The notes under the pieces were generated by a model, which did not search any database, was not told the origin of the DNA, and saw nothing but the letters and a program-made list of their open reading frames with translations. Both the position numbers and the translations under genes were made by a program. Positions 58,014-64,000 of a stretch of DNA of 64,000 nt are shown here, in pieces (within the stretch, counting starts at the first letter, position 1; every line of letters begins with the position of its first letter). The stretch is from NCBI GenBank assembly GCA_022710185.1, contig JAKLHK010000016.1, positions 11,900 through 75,899 on the forward strand, read 5' to 3'. This DNA is from Bacteroidota bacterium (GTDB taxonomy: Bacteria > Bacteroidota > Bacteroidia > Bacteroidales > JAGNHN01).

Positions 58014-58892
58014 ATGTCGAAGCAGGAAGACCGCTTTACCCGCCGGAGGCTGCGCACCTCCTATCTCACCACAGTGATGAGCCTGTCGCTCGTCCTTTTC
58101 ATGTTGGGGCTGCTCAGTCTCATCATCCTGCAGGCCAGGAAGTTATCGGACTATGTACGGGAGAATATCGGTTTTTCCATCATCCTGAAGGAGGATGTCA
58201 AGGAGTCGCACATCATGGAGATGCAGAAGCGGCTGGACATGGCGGACTATGTGAAATCGACGGAATACATCCCGAGGGAACAGGCGGCCCGGGAGCTGAT
58301 GGAGGACCTGGGCGAGGACTTTGTGGAATTTCTGGGATACAACCCCCTGCTCCCTTCTCTGGATGTGCGCCTGAACGCAAGTTATGCCAATGTGGACAGC
58401 CTGGCGGTGATCGAACAGCAACTGCTGGCCAACAGTGATGTGAAGGAGGTCTTTTACGAGAAAAACCTGGTCCACCTGGTGAACGAGAACCTGCGCCGGA
58501 TCAGCGTGATCCTGCTTGGATTCAGCTCACTGCTCCTGCTGATCGCGGCGGCCCTCATCAACAACACCATCCGCCTTTCCGTCTATTCCAAGCGGTTCAT
58601 CATCCGCAGCATGCAACTGGTTGGTGCCACGCAGTCGTTTATCCGCCGCCCCTTCGTAATCAGCGGGGTGCTGCAGGGCATCTACGGGGCATTCACCGGC
58701 TTGCTGTTCCTCAGCGTAGTACTGTATTTCATCCGTCAGCAATTGCCTGAGATCATCCTGCTGCAGGATGTCCGGCTTTACCTGAGTGTCTTCGGGTTTG
58801 TATTGCTTGCGGGTATCCTTCTTTCATGGATTTCCACTTATTTTGCAGTCAGAAAGTACCTGAAGATCAATACCGATAGTCTATATACCTAA
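58014..58892 (+). CDS. ftsX: Cell-division FtsX-like permease
   Basis: N-terminal TM, periplasmic loop, and three C-terminal TMs with the FtsX-type core (IRLSVYSKRFIIRSMQLVGAT). Confidence 0.8.
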   Translation: MSKQEDRFTRRRLRTSYLTTVMSLSLVLFMLGLLSLIILQARKLSDYVRENIGFSIILKEDVKESHIMEMQKRLDMADYVKSTEYIPREQAARELMEDLGEDFVEFLGYNPLLPSLDVRLNASYANVDSLAVIEQQLLANSDVKEVFYEKNLVHLVNENLRRISVILLGFSSLLLLIAAALINNTIRLSVYSKRFIIRSMQLVGATQSFIRRPFVISGVLQGIYGAFTGLLFLSVVLYFIRQQLPEIILLQDVRLYLSVFGFVLLAGILLSWISTYFAVRKYLKINTDSLYT

Positions 58893-58896
58893 GAAT

Positions 58897-59226
58897 ATGA
58901 GCAATAAGAAGATCGTGCCCCCGAAGCCCCGTCCTGCACAGCGTACCGCTACGGTATCGTCGGGTGGAAGCCCCGTGAGCTTCGTGTTCTCACGGGAGAA
59001 CTACATCCTGCTGCTGGCAGGGTTGGCCCTCATTGTGTTGGGCTTCGTCCTGATGATCGGGGGCGGTTCCGAGGATCCCAATGTCTTCAGCGATGAGATC
59101 TTCAGCTTTCGTCGCATGACCCTGGCACCCCTGCTGGTGCTGGCCGGTTATGCCGTAGAGGTCTATGCCATCATGCACAAGCCCCGGAGTCCGAAGGTCA
59201 CTGCCGGGAGCACTGCTGAAGCTTAA
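58897..59226 (+). CDS. DUF3098-like small membrane protein
   Basis: Two TM helices, with the conserved position between ftsX and uppP seen in Bacteroidota. Family call is from memory. Confidence 0.6.
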   Translation: MSNKKIVPPKPRPAQRTATVSSGGSPVSFVFSRENYILLLAGLALIVLGFVLMIGGGSEDPNVFSDEIFSFRRMTLAPLLVLAGYAVEVYAIMHKPRSPKVTAGSTAEA

Positions 59227-59241
59227 GCGCCCCCATACTCC

Positions 59242-60027
59242 ATGAATTGGTTCGAAGCATTGCTCCTGGGGATAATCCAGGGGCTTACGGAGTTCCTTCC
59301 GGTAAGCAGCAGCGGGCACCTGGAGATCGGCAAGGTGCTCCTGGGCCTGGAAGGCACCGACAGTTTGGCGTTCACGGTGGCTGTGCACGGGGCCACGGTG
59401 CTCAGTACCATCGTGGTGTTTCGTCAGGACCTGTGGCAGCTGCTGCGCGGCAGCATGCGCCTGCAGTGGAATGAGGAGACCCGTTACCTGGCCTTGCTGG
59501 CTGTTTCCATGCTTCCGGTACTCTTCATCGGTATTTTCTATAAAGATGAGGTGGAGTCCTTCTTCACCGGCAGGGTACGTTTTGTTGGCATGATGCTAAT
59601 GATTACCGCGCTGCTCCTGCTTTTTGCGAGCTATGCCCCTAACCGGGGCCGGCGTATCGGCTTCGCCGATGCCCTGTTGATCGGCCTGGCCCAGGCTGTG
59701 GCGGTGCTCCCCGGCATTTCCCGCTCCGGGGCCACGATATCCACCGGGCTTATCCTTGGCAAGGACCGTGCCTCGGTGGCCCGTTTCTCTTTCCTCATGG
59801 TGCTTGTTCCCATCATCGGGGCCAATATCCTCGACCTGAGGGATGCCGCCCAGGCCCCGGCAGGCAGCGGAGTTCCCGTAATGGCGTTGCTTACCGGCTT
59901 CATCGCCGCCTTCCTTACCGGCTGGCTCGCCTGCCGCTGGATGATCCGGCTGGTACAGCATGGCAAGCTGCAGTATTTCGCACTCTACTGCGCCCTGATC
60001 GGCGGCCTGGCCCTCCTGCTGGCCTGA
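59242..60027 (+). CDS. uppP: Undecaprenyl-diphosphate phosphatase
   Basis: GIIQGLTEFLPVSSSGHL and PGISRSGATIS. Confidence 0.9.
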   Translation: MNWFEALLLGIIQGLTEFLPVSSSGHLEIGKVLLGLEGTDSLAFTVAVHGATVLSTIVVFRQDLWQLLRGSMRLQWNEETRYLALLAVSMLPVLFIGIFYKDEVESFFTGRVRFVGMMLMITALLLLFASYAPNRGRRIGFADALLIGLAQAVAVLPGISRSGATISTGLILGKDRASVARFSFLMVLVPIIGANILDLRDAAQAPAGSGVPVMALLTGFIAAFLTGWLACRWMIRLVQHGKLQYFALYCALIGGLALLLA

Positions 60028-60028
60028 G

Positions 60029-60736
60029 ATGCTGCGTGACCCGTCCACATACGACTTTCCCGGGGGGGAGCTCCTGCTCTTCGACAAGGCCCCCGGATGG
60101 ACCTCCTTCGATGTGGTCAACTACCTGCGCGGGGCCCTAAGCCGCCATTGCGGGGTAAAGCGCCTGAAAGTGGGCCATGCCGGTACCCTCGACCCCATGG
60201 CCTCAGGCCTGCTGTTGGTCTGTACGGGCCGCTTTACCAAGCGTATCGATGAGTTCCAGGGAATGGACAAGACCTATACCGGTACACTGAGGCTGGGGCA
60301 GACCACCCCCTCCTTCGATGCCGAAACCCCTCCTGATGCCGAATATCCCTGGGAACACCTCACGGAAGCCCGTCTCCACGATGCGGCCAAAGCATTTGAA
60401 GGCCCACAACAGCAGGTCCCTCCCCTATACTCCGCCATCCATATCCAGGGCCAGCGCGCATACACCCTGGCCCGGAAAGGAGGGGACGACGTCCCCGTCC
60501 TTGAACCCCGGCCGGTCCACATCCACGCATTCGAGCTCAGCCGTATCGCCCTTCCGGAGGTGGATTTTTTCCTCCGCTGCAGCAAGGGCACCTATGTGCG
60601 CTCCCTGGCCCGCGACCTCGGCATAGCCCTGGAAAGCGGCGCCTATCTCAGCGCCCTGAGGCGCACCGCTATCGGACCGTATACCGTGGATAAGGCCATG
60701 GATGTCAAGGATTTTCTCTCCCGATTTGCTCATTAA
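60029..60736 (+). CDS. truB: tRNA pseudouridine(55) synthase
   Basis: KVGHAGTLDPMASGLL with the catalytic Asp, and PPLYSAIHIQGQRAY. Confidence 0.9.
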   Translation: MLRDPSTYDFPGGELLLFDKAPGWTSFDVVNYLRGALSRHCGVKRLKVGHAGTLDPMASGLLLVCTGRFTKRIDEFQGMDKTYTGTLRLGQTTPSFDAETPPDAEYPWEHLTEARLHDAAKAFEGPQQQVPPLYSAIHIQGQRAYTLARKGGDDVPVLEPRPVHIHAFELSRIALPEVDFFLRCSKGTYVRSLARDLGIALESGAYLSALRRTAIGPYTVDKAMDVKDFLSRFAH

Positions 60737-60839
60737 TTCCATCGCTGGATTCGCATTTCAAAATCGGCAGTCTTAATAGCCCTTTTCCGCTACTGACGAG
60801 GTAATGCACCCACTTTCAATTCTTTATAGACTAACTAAC

Positions 60840-60870
60840 TTGACAAGCCTGCCCGATTGAATTACCTTTG
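60840..60870 (+). promoter_or_regulatory. Bacteroidota-type promoter for queA
   Basis: TTG (60840-60842), N20, TACCTTTG (60863-60870). The ATG is at 60926. Confidence 0.5.
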
Positions 60871-60925
60871 CACTTTGAAATTCTCACATCGAACGAGGTA
60901 AGAACGGGTTCAGAAGCAGAGGAAG

Positions 60926-61975
60926 ATGAAGCTATCCCAATTCAAGTTTGACCTACCAACAGAGCTAATCGCCGATAAACCAGCGAAAAACAGGGAGGAA
61001 TCAAGGATGATGGTGGTTAACCGCAAAAGCGGCCAGATCACGCACCATCTTTTCAGGAACATCCTCGATCAGTTCGACGACGGGGATGTCATGGTGATCA
61101 ACAACACCAAGGTGTTCCCCGCCAGGCTGTATGGAGAGAAAGAGAAGACCGGGGCCAAGATCGAGGTCTTCCTGCTCCGGGAGCTCAACCAGGAGACCCG
61201 ACTGTGGGATGTGCTGGTGGACCCTGCACGCAAGATCCGCATAGGAAACAAGTTGTATTTCGGGGATGACGAAACCCTGGTGGCCGAGGTGATCGATAAC
61301 ACCACCTCGCGCGGGCGTACCCTGCGTTTCCTCTTCGACGGACCGTATGAAGAGTTCAAGAAGACCATACAGCGCCTTGGACAGACACCGTTGCCCAAGA
61401 TCCATAACCGCGCGGTCACCGACGAGGACCGGGAAAGGTACCAGACCATTTACGCCAAGCATGAAGGCGCCGTGGCTGCACCTACGGCTGGACTGCACTT
61501 CAGCCGGGAGCTTATGAAACGCATGGAACTCAAGGGTATCAACTTCGCCGAAGTCACCCTCCACGCCGGGCTGGGCAATTTCCGGACCATTGATGTGGAA
61601 GATCTCACCAAGCATAAAATGGACTCGGAAGAAGTGATCATACACCAGTCGAGCGCCGGGGTAGTGAACACCGCCAAAGATCTCGGACGCAGGATCTGCG
61701 CCGTGGGGACCACTACCATGAAGGCCATGGAGACCTCCGTCTCCATCTCTGGTCACCTGAAACCATACAAGGGCTGGACCAATAAGTTCATCTTCCCGCC
61801 CTACGATTTCAGCATCGCCAACGCCATGGTCACCAACTTCCACCTGCCGCAGTCGCCCATGATGATGATGACGGCAGCCTTCACCGGCTACGACCTGCTG
61901 ATGAAGGCCTATGAGGAGGCCATCAAAGAGAAATATTCCTTCTTCACCTACGGTTCCGCCATGCTGATCCTCTGA
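60926..61975 (+). CDS. queA: S-adenosylmethionine:tRNA ribosyltransferase-isomerase
   Basis: [29 protein letters not shown] and [11 protein letters not shown]. Confidence 0.95.
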   Translation: MKLSQFKFDLPTELIADKPAKNREESRMMVVNRKSGQITHHLFRNILDQFDDGDVMVINNTKVFPARLYGEKEKTGAKIEVFLLRELNQETRLWDVLVDPARKIRIGNKLYFGDDETLVAEVIDNTTSRGRTLRFLFDGPYEEFKKTIQRLGQTPLPKIHNRAVTDEDRERYQTIYAKHEGAVAAPTAGLHFSRELMKRMELKGINFAEVTLHAGLGNFRTIDVEDLTKHKMDSEEVIIHQSSAGVVNTAKDLGRRICAVGTTTMKAMETSVSISGHLKPYKGWTNKFIFPPYDFSIANAMVTNFHLPQSPMMMMTAAFTGYDLLMKAYEEAIKEKYSFFTYGSAMLIL

Positions 61976-62004
61976 GGACTGGCGCGGCACCCGCCCGTCC
62001 GCTC

Positions 62005-62678
62005 ATGACCGACTACGCCATCATCCTGGCCGGGGGCGAAGGCCGCCGTATGCAGGGTATCCTTCCCAAGCAGTTCCTCCCCCTGGGGGGGCGGCCCATG
62101 CTGATGCACTCGATGGAGGCTTTTCACCGCTACAACGCGACAATCCGGCTTGTCCTGGTGCTGCACCCTGCCTGGCAGGAACAGTGGAAGGTGCTTTGCC
62201 TGGAGCACCGATTCGAGCTACCCCATGAGGTGGCTAAAGGAGGCAGGGAGCGTTTCCATTCGGTGAGTTCAGGCCTGGAGATGATCCCGGATTCCAATGC
62301 CTGCGTTGCGGTACACGATGCCGCACGGCCACTGCTGGGCCAGGAGCTCATCGCCCGCTGTTACCACATGGCTGAAAAGCACGGTGCGGTAGTCCCCGTG
62401 GTCCTTCCGTCGGAATCGCTACGTCAGGTCGACGCCAAGGGTCTGAACCGCAGCGTGGATCGCAGCAGTTACCGTATGGTGCAGACCCCACAATGTTTTC
62501 GGGTCCCGCTGCTGAAAAGTGCCTACCTGCAAGACTATAACCCCCGCTTCACCGACGATGCCAGCGTGGTGGAAGCCCTGGGCGAGCCCATCACCCTGAT
62601 CGAAGGTGAGGTGACCAACATCAAGATCACCATGCCGTCTGACCTCATGTGGGCGGAACACTGGCTAATGGCGGGCCA

Positions 62679-62700
<22 letters not shown>
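62005..62700 (+). CDS. ispD: 2-C-methyl-D-erythritol 4-phosphate cytidylyltransferase
   Basis: AIILAGGEGRRMQGILPKQFLPLGGRPML, VHDAARP and VQTPQCF. The last 7 codons and the TAG stop lie inside a repeat element. Confidence 0.85.
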
Positions 62701-62763
<63 letters not shown>

Positions 62764-62808
62764 GGGGGAAAGCGGGAAACGACAGGTGACCTTCCATCGG
62801 ATAACCGG

Positions 62809-63945
62809 TTAATCTATTGATTTATTGATCTTCCGTCCTTTCCAGGTGGTATTCTTACTGAACGCGGCGAGAGCCACTGCAAGAAGTACCACAGGATAGA
62901 TAAGGCTCACCAGGGGCGCCAGCCAGATCTGGCGCCATAGCCGGGTGAAGCGTGCCCAGGCCAGCGCCAGGCCCAGGTCGGCCAAAACCTTGATACCAAT
63001 GCCGATCAGGAGCGTTGCCCCACTGATCCATCCGCCCGTCAAGGCCAGGGCAGCAAGCCCCGGGAACAGGTTGGCGCCAGTGGTGAGCCCTCCGGTAAGA
63101 CGGGGCCCCATACCCTTCATCCGCAGGGTCTTGCCCGCCCAGCGGGCGCGTTGTCGCAGTAGTTCCTCCAGCCCGGGCTCCGCCCCGGTGGCCACCAGCA
63201 CCCTGGGGTTCCAGAGGAAGGCGGCCGACCCCCGCCCATACTTCTCCCATACATTGTACAACAGATAGACGTCGTCCCCTGAGCTCAGGCCAGCCTTCCA
63301 GGGATCGGGTCCCAAACGCACAAAAGCCGCCCTTCGGATGCCCATACTGGCTCCGGAGGCAAGCAAGGGCCAACCCAGGGACAGGGATGCCTGAGCAGCC
63401 AGCATGAGGGCACCGTATTCCAGGTACTGCAGGGCTCCCCAGAAACCCCTTCCCGGACCCACCCTGACAGGCCCACACCACAGCACTACCCCTGGATGCG
63501 CCCCGAAGGCCTGACGATAGACCGCCACCCAGGCAGGGGGCAGCTGGACGTCGGCATCGGTGAACAAGACCAGCTCCGCCCGGGAGTGCTGCAGGCCCAG
63601 GGCCAGCGCGGCCTTCTTGCCCGAGGCTCCTGCGCCCAGGTGCAAGGAGAGCAGCCGGCCCGCCTCCCACTGCGCGGCAGCTGCATCGGCCAGCGTCCCT
63701 CCCCCATCTTCCGAATGATCGTCAACCAGGAGGATGCGGAAGCTTCCGGCCCCCTCCTGCAGGCGCAAGCACTCCAGCAAGGCGGGTAACGCATCCCTCT
63801 CATTGCGATGGGGAATGATCACATCCACCGCAGAGTCTCCCGTGAACCCGTTCCCGCCACCAATCCCTGTTCCCCGTTGCCACAGTGCGAACAGGAGCAT
63901 CAGCAGGGCATAGGCCACCATCCAGGCCAGGAAGAGATAGTCCAT
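62809..63945 (-). CDS. Membrane-bound family-2 glycosyltransferase
   Basis: VIIPHRNERDALPALLECL, LLVDDHSEDG and FTDADV (DxD), with several TM helices at both ends. Confidence 0.75.
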   Translation of the reverse strand: MDYLFLAWMVAYALLMLLFALWQRGTGIGGGNGFTGDSAVDVIIPHRNERDALPALLECLRLQEGAGSFRILLVDDHSEDGGGTLADAAAAQWEAGRLLSLHLGAGASGKKAALALGLQHSRAELVLFTDADVQLPPAWVAVYRQAFGAHPGVVLWCGPVRVGPGRGFWGALQYLEYGALMLAAQASLSLGWPLLASGASMGIRRAAFVRLGPDPWKAGLSSGDDVYLLYNVWEKYGRGSAAFLWNPRVLVATGAEPGLEELLRQRARWAGKTLRMKGMGPRLTGGLTTGANLFPGLAALALTGGWISGATLLIGIGIKVLADLGLALAWARFTRLWRQIWLAPLVSLIYPVVLLAVALAAFSKNTTWKGRKINKSID

Positions 63946-64000
63946 AAGCTAAGCCACGGTAAGGGAGAAGGGAGGTGAATTGTGTACCTTTGATCCCTTA

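Overview
This is a 64-kb, GC-rich, gene-dense chromosomal segment with about 47 protein genes and one tRNA. I assign it to Bacteroidota on internal evidence. Four proteins end in T9SS type-A C-terminal sorting domains. Six intergenic regions carry the Bacteroidota promoter geometry TTG-N19/20-TAnnTTTG. The synteny is also typical of the phylum: short glycogen synthase, DUF4270-like lipoprotein and glmS; ftsX, DUF3098, uppP and truB; and atpBEFHAG without atpDC. Most of the content is housekeeping: ClC channel, yceD-rpmF-plsX-fabH, glmS, prs-rplY-pth, glyQS, speA, the F-ATPase genes, ferritin, leuS, queA and ispD. I saw no transposase, integrase, CRISPR array, restriction system or recognisable defence gene, so I cannot point to a classical novel system. 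Six things deserve a second look. (1) An archaeal-type gatD-gatE pair is embedded among bacterial housekeeping genes. (2) A 1077-aa single polypeptide fuses modules that are normally separate subunits of HcnABC, opine oxidase, sarcosine oxidase or proline dehydrogenase complexes, and it has an operator-like palindrome at its promoter. (3) Heptanucleotide tandem-repeat arrays recur in intergenic spacers, and most begin exactly at a stop codon. (4) A hairpin plus (AGTGGCT)n element occurs at two loci and supplies the C-terminus and stop codon of ispD. (5) A translationally coupled operon encodes a giant TPR/MORN-repeat protein with an active and an inactive transglutaminase-like pair. (6) A 2015-aa alpha-2-macroglobulin lacks the thioester motif and is paired with a DUF3108 protein. 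All family names come from motif recognition by eye. No searches or computations were run.
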